Part shown: positions 1 through 13,249 of the stretch, in pieces
Layout of the letters: every line of letters begins with the position of its first letter
How positions within the stretch are numbered: the first letter of the stretch is position 1
Assembly: GCF_009914755.1 (NCBI RefSeq)
Contig: NC_060936.1
DNA from: the human T2T-CHM13v2.0 reference genome, Homo sapiens
Reading direction: 5' to 3' (one strand)
Length of the DNA: 64,000 nt
Notes under the pieces: generated by a model
What the model saw: only the letters and a program-made list of their open reading frames with translations
The model's database searches: none
Told to the model about the DNA's origin: nothing
Program-made: the position numbers and the translations under genes

Positions 1-730
1 AAAGAACTGGCTTTTTGATTTGTTAATTTTTTAATTGTTTTCTTGTCTTCAATTTTATTATTTCTGTTTTAATTTTTAGTATTTCTTATTTCTGTTTTAG
101 GTGGAAATTGCTCTACCTTCTTTAGTTTTGCAAAGTGAAAACTTAGATGATTGATTTTAGATTTTTCTTCTTTTTCTAATATATACACTTAATGCATACA
201 TGTTTCACTACATTCCATAAATGTTGACAAATTTTATTTTAAATTTAATTTAGACAAAAATATTTTTAATTTCTCTTGAGTCTTATTTTTTGACTCATTA
301 TTATTTAGATGTGTCTTGCTTAATCTCCAAATATCTGGGGATTTCCCAACTATTCTGCTGTTCTTGATAATCTAGTTTAATTCCGCCGTGACCAAAGAAC
401 ACACTTCTGTGGAATTTATTTCTTAAAAAATTTTAAGATGTGCTTTACAGCCAAGAATCTGTTCTGTCTTGCTGAATTTTCCATGTGAAGTTGAAAAGAA
501 TAAGTATTCTGCTGTTGCTAGGTAGAATAGTCTATAAATGTCTGTTAGATGAAGTTGACTGATAGTACTCTCCAAGCCAACTATATTTGTACTGATTTTC
601 TGCCAGTTTGTTCTATCAATTACTGAAAGACAGATGTTAGATTCTCTAAATGTAATAGTGGACTTGTCTATTTCTCCCAGTTCGATCAGTTTTTGCCTTA
701 CATATTTCAATGTTTCATTGTTAGGTACAA

Positions 731-841
731 GATGTCTCATTATGTTGTCCAGGTTGGTCTTGAACTCCTGGCCTCAAGTGATCCTTCTGCCTTGGCCTTC
801 CAAAATGTTGGGATTACAGGTTTGAGCCACTATGGCCGGCC
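731..841 (-). mobile_element. Alu left-monomer/FLAM fragment without tail
   Basis: tgttgtccaggttggtcttgaactcctggcctcaagtgatcc...gggattacagg...gagccac. Confidence 0.85.
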
Positions 842-1134
842 TCCAGCTTTCTTTTGAATCGTGTCGGTACGTATGTCTTTCTCTATCCCTCTACTCTTAG
901 CCTATCTGAGTCTTTATATTTAAGGTGGGTTCCTTATAGACAACAGTTATTTGGGTCTTATTAAAAAAATCATTTTGACAATCTCCTTTAATTGGTGTAT
1001 TAGACTAATCCCATTAAAAGTAACTTTGACGTAGTTGGACTAATACCCACCTTGTTTGTAACTTTTTTATTCATTGCATTTGGTCTTTGTTTCTTCCCTT
1101 TTCCACCTTGTCTGCCTTCTTTGGTTTTAATTAA

Positions 1135-2087
<953 letters not shown>

Positions 2088-4596
2088 AATATGCTTTCTC
2101 TTTATCTCTTCTCTTAACATGTCAGTTATATTACTTTAAAAAATGCTTTTAGCGGTAGCACTGGAGTTTCCAGTATACATTTTTAACTAATTTAACTCTA
2201 CCTTTAAATAACATTATTCTATATCACATGTACCACAAGTATCTTAGAATATTCCCAATTCCTGCTTCCTGTCTCATGACATTGCTGTCTTTCACTTCAC
2301 TTATTCATACGCTGTACTCACCCAATATGCTGTCTGTCTTATCCATTAAGTAGTTACCTTTTAGATCAATTAAGAATAAAAAACTAAAAACTTTTATTTT
2401 ACTTTCATTTATTCTTTCTCTAATGTTCTTGCTTTATGCAGACCCAAGTCTCTGATCCATGTCATTTTTCACTTTTTTTCTATGACACACTTTTAAAATA
2501 AAACATTTATTGTCATTCAAATCTGCTATTAGGGAGTTCCCTCAGTTTTTCCTTCTCTGTGAAAGTCTTTATTTCTCCCTTGCTTTTGAAGGATAATTTG
2601 ACTGGATATAGAATTCTAGATTATGTTCCTTTCAACACATTGAGTATTACAATCTGCTCTCATCTTGCTTGTGTATTTTTTTCTGATGAGAAGTTTACTA
2701 TAATTCTTATCTGTATTCTTCTAAAGATAGGTAAGGTGATTTTTTTCTGATTTCTTTCAAGATTTTTTCTTTGTCTTTGGTTTCCTGCAGTTTGAATATG
2801 AAATGTCTAGGTGTGGATTTTTTGATTCTTATCTTTCTTGGTCTTCTCTGAGTTTCCTGGATCTGTGGTATGTTGTCTGTGAATAATTTTGGAAAACTCT
2901 CAGCCATTATTACTTGCAATATTTTTTTGCTCTATTCTGTCTTTCTTCTCGTGGTATTCTATTTACACCTATGTTACAACTTTTGAAATTATCTCACAGC
3001 TCTTGGTTGCTTTGTTCTGGGTTTTAATTTTTTCATTCTTTTCTCTCTTTGTACTTCAGCTTGGGAAGTTTTAATTGATTTATCTTTAAGCTCACTGATT
3101 ATTTCCCTGGCCCTGTCTCATGTCCTGATGAACCTCTCAAAGATATTCTTCAGTGTTTTTGATTTCTAGTATTTCCTTTTGAATCTTTCTAGGGTGTCCA
3201 TCTCTATGCTTATACTACTCATTTGTTCTTGTATGTAGTCTATTTTTGCCATCAGAACCCTTCACATATTAATCGTAGTTATTTTAAATTCCCTTCCTGA
3301 TCATTAGAACATCTGTGTTATATCTGAATCTGGTGCTGCTGGTTGCTTTCTGTTTAGACTGTGTTTTTCCTGCCTTTTAGCATGACTTGGAATTTTTTTG
3401 TTGAAAGCCAGATATGATATCTTGAATAATACAAACTGAGGTTAAAAAGGCTGTTGGTGTGAGGTTCTGTGTTAATCTGACTAAAAGTGGCAGTGTGTTT
3501 AGTTTTTGCTGTAGTTATAGGTATAATATTATAGGTGTTAGAGGCTTCAGATTCCTCTAATGTCCTTGTATTTGTCTTCCCTGTTAATGTTGATTAATAT
3601 TTTGATTAAATATTAATAATGCATCTCTTGTCTGTGAATCTCTGGATTCACCTGTCTTTCCAGATTTGAGGGTGATGATTTTCCCTGTGACCTCAGTTCT
3701 CTTATTGGTCCAAAAAAAGTCTTTGACTTTCAGTTTATTTAGCTTTTTCTTGTTGTAAAGATGGGTGTGATGACTTCCAAGCTCCTTACATGTTGGAGGT
3801 AAAACTGGAAGTCCTTCTGGTAGGCTTTTGTGGGAAATGTTACTGGACATAATATGGATGAGAAATAGAATAAGGAGAAAATTTTCGGTCTTGGAGTGAG
3901 TGGCCTGAGAATTATGTTAATTGAGGAGTTGCTCAGGAGCATTTGAGTGCATTTTCAGGGCAAAATTAACACTGCCTATCAAGGGGCTCAGGTGGATTCC
4001 CACAAGAGAAGAAGTTTGCATGGTGCAGTAGCCTCATGAAGGTGGGAGGAGGACCATTGGTAGAAACTGCTGATCTCTTCCTCTAAAGGAAATAACCACA
4101 CCTTACATTGATTGTCATCTGAATCATTAAGCTGAAATGGCTAAGAGATAAAAAACTGGGGAAATGTCAGGAGAGAACACTTCTTCCCCATGGCTGCTTT
4201 ATTTCAGGCAATTCCATTAGCTTTAAATTCTGGGTTTATCTCTGTCCTCTCACTCTTCTCCAGAAACCGAAGTGTGACTTACCATTGATGAGTTTGGGAG
4301 AGAAACCAGGAATATATAGTTCAGCCCCTTCGCTCTTTGGAGCTGGCTACCTGTAGAAAGCACCCGTTCTGATCTGCCCCTGCAAGCTGTTTAAAGAGTC
4401 AGGCCCCACCTGGGCAAGACTGTAGTGTTCCATGCTGCTTATACTCAGGTGAGCCTGCCTATTTCTTGTTTTGTAATTCAAAACTCTATTGTTACCCTGT
4501 ACCTAAGCTGTGTCATGCAAACTATGCTTTATCAGCAATAAAAGAAATATTATGATTTTTATCTGTTTGACTATTTTTAAAATTTCTGAATACGTT

Positions 4597-5304
4597 TGTT
4601 GCAGTCTCACCAATGCACCACAACGTAGTAGTCTCTCATGAGGTATCACCCAGAGTTCTTTGTCTCATGACCAAGAAAATTAAGGTGCATAGACAGAAAG
4701 GATGAGGTTGGAGTAAAAGTTTAATAAGCGAAAGAAGAAAGCTCTCCATCGTGGAGGGGTGGCCCAAAAGAGGGTTGCCATTTTATAGTCAAATACTAAG
4801 TCTCTTATAAAGAGGCTACTAGGGCAAGATATTTCATTTATATAAGGCTGTAAAAACTGGTTGGGGGTAGGTGTTTCATTTGCATGAAGTGTGAATTCCT
4901 GACAGCTCCTCCCTGTCCTTTTAGTGCACATGTGAACGCTTAGCCTAAGTTACCCCATGTTGTTTAATTTACCTTAGTGAATGTATGTAAGGGGGCAGAA
5001 TTCCCCATTGCTGGGTTCTGTGTTACTCCTCTTATACATGTTTCAAGCAACTCCCCCTCCCCCTTCCCCTGTGCAAACTCCCTTATCTGAGTATGTCCAA
5101 AAAAGGAAACAAATGTGCTCACTGAAGCCCACTGTGTATATGTGACCCTTGCTAGTTACACAGAAGGCATCTTTATGGTGGACCTTGCCTCCTTATCTAT
5201 GCTTGAAGTCTGATCTTTCAGGCTGTTCTTTTGTTAGTGAAAAAGGAATTCTACCGAGGACTTGTCCTAGCTATCTGCCTAACTGGTTCCTTTCTTTTCC
5301 CTCA
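4597..5304 (-). mobile_element. ERV1 solo LTR (LTR25/LTR9/MER61-like)
   Basis: TG...CA termini. Minus-strand start tgagggaaaagaaaggaaccagttaggcagatagctagg. Near-TSD cgtt/cttt. Confidence 0.7.
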
Positions 5305-6165
5305 CTTTTAGATTGAACAGGAGATTTGAAAAGGTAGTATACAGTATTCTGGAATACTGCTGACACAGATTCCCCTGTTCTTAATATCTTACATTACCAT
5401 GGTAATTTTGTCACAACTAAGAAACAAACATTGATATATAATTATTAACTAAATTCCAGGCTTTATTCAGATTTCACTATTTTTTCCCCTAATGCTTGTT
5501 TTCTGTTCCAGGATCAATTTAGTCATCGATTGGTCTAGAACAGTTTTGTTTCTTGTTCTTTATTATTTACTGTTTTCTTTTTTTTTTAGATGGAGTCCCA
5601 CTCTGTCATCCAGGCTGGATAGAGTGCAGTGGCACAATCTTGGCTTACTGCAAGCTCTGCCTCTGGGGATCAAGTGATTCTGCTGCCTCAGCCTCCTGGG
5701 TAGCTGGGATTACAGCCATACACCACCATACCTGGCTTATTTTTGTATTTTTAGTAGAGACAGCATTTCGCCACGTTGGCCAGGCTGGTCTTGACCTCCT
5801 GACTTCAGGTGATCCGCCCATCTTGGCCTCCTAAAGTGCTAGGATTACAGGCATGAACCACCATGCCTGGCCTATTTACAGTTTTGAGATGGCCAGGTAT
5901 TTTGTAAAATGTTCAGTCTGGTTTTGTTTAATGTTTTTCTCACAGTTAGACAGATTCTGAATTTTGGGGAAGAATACCACAGAAGTGATATGCCATTCTC
6001 ATCACATCATTTCATGGTACATGCTATCTACAGGAGTAATGACTGATGATATAAATTTTGAATCCCTGGCCAAGACAGTGTTTTCTAGATTTAGCCACTG
6101 TAAAGTTACTCTCTTTACCTCTCTTTTCTATACTCTCAGTCACTGATTACAGCTCACACTCAAAA
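5305..6165 (-). mobile_element. Old L1MC/L1MD/L1ME 3' fragment interrupted by an Alu
   Basis: aatatcttacattaccatggta...ttaactaaattccaggctttattcagatttcac; ggggaagaataccacagaagtgat. Confidence 0.6.
5574..5872 (-). mobile_element. Alu (AluS/J), full length
   Basis: Dimeric Alu with poly-T at the left end. Confidence 0.93.
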
Positions 6166-7491
6166 GAGGATAATGCTTAAATATTTTTGGTCTTATTTTG
6201 CAGTTAGTTTATGAATCAGGCAAATCAGAGAGTTGATATTTATCAAACCACATGAAAGAAATTCCAACATGAGCAAATACCCACATACTAGTCACCAGCA
6301 GGATGAGTCAGGAGAGCAGATCCATTAAAACAGAAGTGACATCTGCGGTCAGATGAAGGGGAGTGAACTTCAGGGACAGGGGCTTCTCTGAGAGGAGCAA
6401 CTGGCAATGAATGGCAAGTTGTACAACATATAGTGTAGCAGCTAGAACCAAGAGGAGAGGCAGTATGTTCCCACTGGAGGATTTTAATACACTGATCATC
6501 AGTTAAGGAATACATTTGCCCAAACTCACACCAGGTAATCAGTTCCTCAATGAGTTGCATAATTGAAAAAGAAAATCAATTTTTCTGTTTTGCTTTATAT
6601 GAAAACTCAATGTTCTTTTGCTTCTTTTCCCACATGCATGTGTGACTGATGGCCAGGAAAAACCAAATGAATTAAGTTTTAAGGGCAACCTCAGCCCCTG
6701 GGTCATCTTTGCTAAAGAAAGACAAGTGGGTGGGTGAAAAGACAAATTAAAAACCTTCTACTGTCAACAAAGTTATCTTACTTTAGATCAAATACCAAGG
6801 GAACCAATTGAATTTTCTGCTGTTTTCATTTGAAGCTCTTTTACTTTGTTGGTTATTGCTACTATAAAATTGATGTTATTTGTAGCTTCTTAAATCCATA
6901 AAAAATATTGGAGGCTTAAAGGTGGGCCACTGGCTTGCTAGTAGTATATTTCTTATCCTGTTCCATTTTTCCAAATAAAATAACAATTTTTTATACTTCC
7001 TTTCTAACCATGACATTATTTTTTGAAATTTATATTTGTCAAAATATATATCTGAGAAGAAAGAGCTTCATAGACAAGAGGGAGAAATCACTAATATATT
7101 TCAAGTTAATAAGTGAATAATTAAGGTACTCAACCTGGAAATATTTAAATTTTCTGGACCTGCAATATTTTCCCAGAATTTCCTATTTTATTTGTAAGGT
7201 CTTTGGAGAAAGTTATATATAGTTATGTGTTGTGTATGACTTTCCTTATGCTTATTTTAATATTTTTGATTATATAAGCAGTTCGTGCCCAGTGTGCAAA
7301 AATTAAAAAAACACAGAATAGTAAAATGAAGACTATCTTGGAACTATTTTTTCAATAAATATTTATGAAGCATCTATTATGAGAACTGTTTTCAGTGCTA
7401 GGGACATAGCAATAAACAAGACAGAAAAATCCTTGCCCTCGTGAAACTTTCATTCCAGTGAGAGGAGATAGACCAAAAGAAATGCATATTT

Positions 7492-7498
7492 TGTGAAA

Positions 7499-7531
<33 letters not shown>

Positions 7532-8232
7532 ACAATTTCTCAGGACCATCAAACTTGTTATGCCAAAAGGAAAGTTAAGCCTGGAGAATGAGTCTTACAA
7601 CACTGCCATCCTTTTCCCAAATGGACATCTGTTACTTCCTAACCTTATGTCAAAGCGTTACACATTGGTCAGACCTCCACAGAAGGGTAGAAAGCCTTAT
7701 ACATCTCAGATGACTGCCCTCACAAACTGTTCATAAGTAAATCCTTTTCTGGCCTCAAAACCTTTCAAAATATATATTCTCCTCTAAAACAAGGAAATGT
7801 CAATTTTATCTTTAGCTTTGCCATTGAAGTCTAGCTCCTAAAACGAAAGTCTTTTAGATTTCACACTGATAATGTATATTACAAGCTTATCTTCCCAGGT
7901 GCAGAACAAAGACAAGATGAGATAAATGGTTCCTTCATCTGCCTTGAGACATCTGCATAATTTACTCTTCTTTTACTCCCATTTTCTTGGAATGTTTACC
8001 TTACTTCATGTAAAAGGTAGATTTGCTGGGTACTAATTAAAGTCTCACAAAAATGTAGCCATTTGCCTCACTGCTTAACCCTCTCTTCTCACAAGCCTTC
8101 TCCTCCTTAAAGAAATGTATAAATATGGAGCCTCCTGAAAACCTCTTCAGAGAGCACAGGCCACAGAAGCTCTGTCTCAATACACCTTGACTGATTCAGA
8201 TTCTTGCCTTAATCCTTCACTGTGGTTTAACA
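7492..8232 (+). mobile_element. ERV1 solo LTR (MER39/MER34-like)
   Basis: tgtg...aaca termini; ctcaggacc...tatgccaaaaggaaagttaagc; ttacaagcttatcttcccaggtgcagaacaaagacaag; TATA-like gtataaata at about 8117. Confidence 0.7.
7499..7530 (+). repeat. (CAA)n microsatellite inside the LTR 5' end
   Basis: About 10 tandem aac units. Confidence 0.95.
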
Positions 8233-10328
8233 TTTATAAAGGATGTAATAAGTACTATGGAAAAAGTAAAGACAGGAAGAAAACAGGAGTATATGTGGGA
8301 AAGTTTATCATTTTAAAATGGGGGTTAGGGGAAGCCTCACTTAGAAATTGAGGAAAGACCTGAAGGAGTTGAGGGAGTGAGTCAAGGTTAAACCTGGGGC
8401 AAGAATATTCCTGCTAGAGTAAACAGCAAGTACAGAGGCCCTGGGCTTTTACTTGAAGTGAGTTGGGAAGCATTAAAGGGTTTAAGCAGAGGAGAGATTT
8501 AGTGAGCTCAGTTTTTAAAACATCAATTTAACTGCTCTGTGAGAACAGACTTAGCAGGACAAAGATGAAGGCAGGTAGACCAGTTATATAGCTGTTGACT
8601 AAGGTTGTAGCTTGGTGGTAAGTGCTCAGGTATCACATGTTTGTTGATGATGGAGCTGACAAGGAATCCAGAGCATCTGATATGGAGTGTAAGGCTGAGT
8701 GAGAAGTGTTATGGCCACTGTTTGAATTGGTTCATATTAACCCTCCTCTGCCTCCACCTACTTATACACAGAAAACTTTCAAGTCCCTAAGGCAAGGGAA
8801 AATGGAAAAAAACAGAAGAGTTATATGATCAGTAGTGGTGAAGGCTCATAATCACCAGTAAGGTCTATTAATTTTGCTAAGATTTACACCTACCACGGGC
8901 AGCAGCAGAGGAGCAAATGCAGACCTATGTGGAGGAGCGTGTGGTTGGCAAGCCTTTCCAAGCCCTGCTCATTGCCATTTCTCTAAGAGCAGCAGAGTGA
9001 TTTTATACTGTTTTAAAATGGGCAGAACAAGGAGCTTGAAAAATATCTCATTCTCTCTGAACTTTCTCTATTCAGCATCTTTGTTTAAAGAGAAATATAG
9101 ATAGATATTTCACCAAACAATTGAGAAAGAAGAAAAGAAAGTTTGCACAGAAAATGTAGAGAAAAACCTCAGCTCTGACTCAACTCTTTGATGGATTGAT
9201 ATCAGAAATAGTATTTTATTTATATTTCTTACATATTTTACACATATTGGAAAAAAGATAATGAAGTAGCAATAAAATTTACTTAAGGAAAGAGTCTCAT
9301 CTACTACTTTATGATCTTGCATCTCACCCTTGTCCTGTGCTGCTTTATTTTCACTTTCTTCTCTCTCTCTGGGTTTTCTGGTCTTGTTTCAAGGATGCTA
9401 TTAAGTTTGCCAAATAGTTTTCTAAAGTATTCGATGTACATTTCTTCTTTTGGGTCTCTTCCCTGTGTCTGAATCACTTGGTATGTTTTTGTTTTACTCA
9501 TTCTCAAATAAAAACAAATCTATTGAGCCTGAGAATTAGCCAACCAAGAGGATTTTTGGAGACAGAGTGCCAAGGATTTGCCTTGAGTCCCCTTCTGTTT
9601 ACTTGGATGAATTAATTCCCTTCTGATTCTACAGCTGGAAGGGAGATAAATGCGCTATCTCCTAGCTCAGGATCCAATAGTCTTTCGTTTGTTTTAGATT
9701 TACTGGGCAAAAGTAAGATAACATTCTATCTCTGCTATCTGGACAGATGAGATGCACAGAACGCCACAATTTCCAGTTTTCACTGCTACCAGATGGTTTC
9801 CATCTTTGCCTCCATGTACCATCTTTATTTGTGAGGACTACACATTCCAGCTTGTAATGTACCACATACTGTCATTTTTTTCCAGGTATTACCATCTCCC
9901 AATGCATGTGGAAAGGTATTACCATCTCCCAGTGCAAGGTCCTGGACCTTGACTATCTTCAAATGAATCTCCATGAAATAAAGGCACAGATATTTTTCTT
10001 TTAGATGTTGGACGCTTTCCAAAGCTGTATGGCAGGTGTTGTTTTGCTGCTGGTGCTGACACTACTACAAATTTGAGCACCTATTTTTGCACATGCTTTT
10101 GACATAGCTACCACTTAAAAACTGAGGAAAAATGCCCTTCTAAGTGTGGGTAACTTTGATGATTGTATCAATAAAATGATACAGGGGCCAACTTGGTGAG
10201 AAGCCTACAGTGGCCCATCTGGCTCTGTAGTTCTTGACATCACCCAGCTCCAAATTGGAGACCCTTGTAATATACAATTGTTAGAAGTGTATGTTAGACT
10301 ATATGTGCAATTCACCAATCTATTTTTC

Positions 10329-10542
10329 TTTTTTATTTATTTTATTTTATTTTTTAATTATACTTTAAGTTCTGGGATACATGTGCAGAACGTGCAGGTT
10401 TGTTACATAGGTATATGCTTGTCATGGTATACGCTTGTCTTTCGAGAAGTGTCTGTCCATATCCTTTGCCCACTTTTTGATGGGTTTGTTTTTTTCTTGT
10501 AAATTTGTTTAAGTTCCTTGTAGATTCTCAATATTAGCACTT
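10329..10542 (-). mobile_element. Short L1PA (PA7/8-like) insertion with a large internal deletion
   Basis: Tail plus terminal 3'UTR joined to an ORF2 segment (gagaagtgtctgtccatatcctttgcccac). TSD tctattttt on both sides. Confidence 0.85.
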
Positions 10543-11369
10543 TCTATTTTTGTAACTAGTGACAGATTTGGCAGGGGCTGGGTCAGGACTTCAGATGGTT
10601 TTCATCCTTCATTGTCTTTTTCCCTAAAATCTATCAATGCAAGAATGCTGAAATTTGAACAGCAGAAGCTCATGGTCCTGAGACTCATACTCTAAATGTT
10701 AGTGAAAGGCAGGAAGTCTACTTTGTCTAACCTAGCCCCTGTTTGGCAGCCACCTCACATTAACTTCTGTCTAGTAGTTTTTTTCCTTCTTTCTTTTTCT
10801 TTTTCTTTTTTTTTTTTCTGCCAACTTTGCAATCCCTGAATCCTAATCAGTTACCTCGTTTAGGGTGTTGCTATGAGTCTTCATCTTTTCTGGTGTCTTC
10901 CTAGTCATCCAAAGCAAAATGCTCCCCCGTGGTGACTTTCATTGCTCTATAAGGGAATTAGGGCATATAATGATCATATATGATGATTATACAATGATCA
11001 GGTTTTTACTGTACCCTTTCAGATTTACTGTACCCTGGTTATGTTGGAGAACTTTCACTTCTGCCCAAGGGAATACTCTCTATTTCTAGCTGTCTTCTTC
11101 AGATTAGAACTATTCTGCCTATAGACAGTTGAATCTGATACTGCACTTTCATTTGCCTCTGGCAGAAATCAAGTACCTTTTTACTAAGTTCTCCTTTCAG
11201 GAACACTTCTCTTTTGTGTGAAAATATCTCCCACCATGACTCTTTTCTGTTCCCGGTTTTTTCTGCTAGATTGATTTCACATCAGTTAGTATACTCTTTT
11301 CTGTCATATGTCAAGACTCTCTAAGTTGGTTGAAATCACTACTCTTTTGTATCCCTAGTTTTTTAAAGT

Positions 11370-11545
11370 TAATGATTCTCAAAGTGTGGTCCTTGGACCA
11401 GCAGAATCAGTACCACTTGTCAGTCTGTAAGACATGCAAATTCTTAGACCCCACCCCAAGCCTACTGAATAAGAAATTCTGAAGGTGGGGTCAGGCAATC
11501 TGTTTTAACAAGTCTTTCAGGTGTTTCTGATGCATGCTTTAAAAA
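11370..11545. mobile_element. MER5A (hAT-Charlie MITE)
   Basis: ttctcaaagtgtggtccttggaccagcag...ccccaccccaagcctactgaat...ggcaatctgttttaacaag. Confidence 0.85.
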
Positions 11546-11663
11546 ACTTTGTAAATGCTCATTGTCCCAGGAATGTTAGCTCTGTTGGAGCTATTAATAG
11601 AAAAAGGAAGAAGGGTAGCAGAAAGAATAAACATAAAACATATATGGTCTCAGGTTGGCTGGG

Positions 11664-11777
11664 GGCTGGGTGCAGTGTTTCAGGCCTGTAATCCTGCAGT
11701 CTAGGAGGATTTCTTGAAGCCAGGTGTTGAAGACTATCCTGGGTAACATAGTGAGATTCTGTTTCTAAAAAAAAAAA
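11664..11777 (+). mobile_element. FLAM/Alu monomer
   Basis: ggctgggtgcagtg...gcctgtaatcc...ctgggtaacatagtgag followed by poly-A. Confidence 0.8.
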
Positions 11778-11824
11778 GCCTTAGAGTTTCCGATATGCTA
11801 GTCTTCTTTAAGAACTACTACTCC

Positions 11825-12204
11825 GTTATACACCATGGAATACTATGCAGCCATAAAAAAGGACAAAATCATGTCCTTTGTAGCAACATGAATGCAGCTG
11901 GAGGCCATTAACCTAAGCAAACTAACACAGAAACAGAAAACCAAGCATTGCATGTTTTCACTTAAAAGTGGGAGCTAAACATTGGGTATACATGGACATA
12001 AAGATGATAACAATAGACACTGGGGACTCCTAGAGCAGGAAGGGATGGTGGGGTGCAAGGGCTGAAAAACTGCCTGTTGGATACTATGCTCACTTTCTGG
12101 ATGATGAGTTAAATCTTACTCCAAACCTCAGCATCACACAATGCACCTTTGTAAGAAACCTGCACACATACCCTGGAATCTAAAATAAAAGTTGAAAAAA
12201 AAAA
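11825..12204 (+). mobile_element. 5'-truncated L1 3' end (L1PA15/16-L1PB-like)
   Basis: caccatggaatactatgcagccataaaaaagg...ctaaaataaaagttg plus poly-A. TSD aag(a/t)actactactcc at 11810-11824 and 12203-12217. Confidence 0.9.
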
Positions 12205-13249
12205 GTACTACTACTCCAAACTGCTTCCCTTTTATCAGCTTTAAAACTAGCCCATGTCACCAACTGTCCTTGTTCTTAGTAACCATCTGTCAAATTGTTG
12301 TGTCATTTGCATTTCCAAAATGTGTTTTTTACTGGATAGGTTTTCATCTACCAGGGAAATAGCAATTATGATATACCTTACCATGAAATTTGGTGAGAAA
12401 AAATATTTTTTCACATAGTTTTCACTCCTCTGTAAAATGTGGGGACATAGGACATTAGAGGCAACACAAACAAAATTATATCTGGTTAACATCTCCTTTT
12501 GATCATTACATAGCCTAAAGATACAGAATTAGTGAGAATTAACTTTACCTGGTGGTGGTTAGCTATTCTTTGATACTTACAATATTTATGCCTGCTTTTG
12601 CAATGAAGACAAGCTAAATTGTCTTAGATCTCTTAATCTTCATAAAGACCTTTAGTGAATAAGATAAGCCTTTCAAATTAGAAGTCTAAAAACCATTCTT
12701 AATTAGAAATTTTAATTCTAATCACATGAACCTTTTTTTTTTTTTTGGCTAGTGAAGAACAACCTGTTCAGCCGGTTGGTTTTATGTTGATTGCACAATA
12801 TATGCAATTATAACCCAGCAACACACACAGAAAAGCCAGAAAAATTGGACCAATGGGTAAAAAAAGACAGCCATCAGCCCAAGCTGAGTGCTCTGCATGC
12901 ATGCCTTATATCTGTTTTCCACCTTCCCTGTTTTCTTTTTCTGACTGATTTTCTACCACCTGCAACATAATATCTTGAAAACAGGAAAATAAAACCCTTG
13001 CTTCCAAATATACTGCTTTTTATGTAATAGCAAAAAATATATGAAAAATGTTAAGTTGACAGTGCTTTAACAAAATGTTCTGCAAAACGATAGAAAGGCT
13101 TATAGGAATTTTCTATGTGACCTGTATCTATAACTACCAGGGTGATTGTTGGATAACCTATGGCCTATCTCATAAAAAAGGTTCATTCTATGAGGGTTAT
13201 ATTTCATCTAATGCATTATCCGTCTATTGAAAAAAGTTTTATTTGCTAA

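Larger units (their letters stand above)
7350..8700 (-). mobile_element. L2 LINE fragment interrupted by an LTR
   Basis: L2 3' end ttcaataaatatttatgaagc...ctagggacatagcaataaacaagac. It resumes after 8232 (gaaagacctgaaggagttgaggg...). Confidence 0.7.

Noticed and set aside
8895-8918. CTCF-like motif gcagcagaggagca
   Set aside because: The core is one base short and mismatched relative to CCASYAGRKGGCRS. Not supportable without data.
11005-11036. 13-bp direct repeat tttactgtaccct
   Set aside because: Ordinary short tandem duplication with no further structure.
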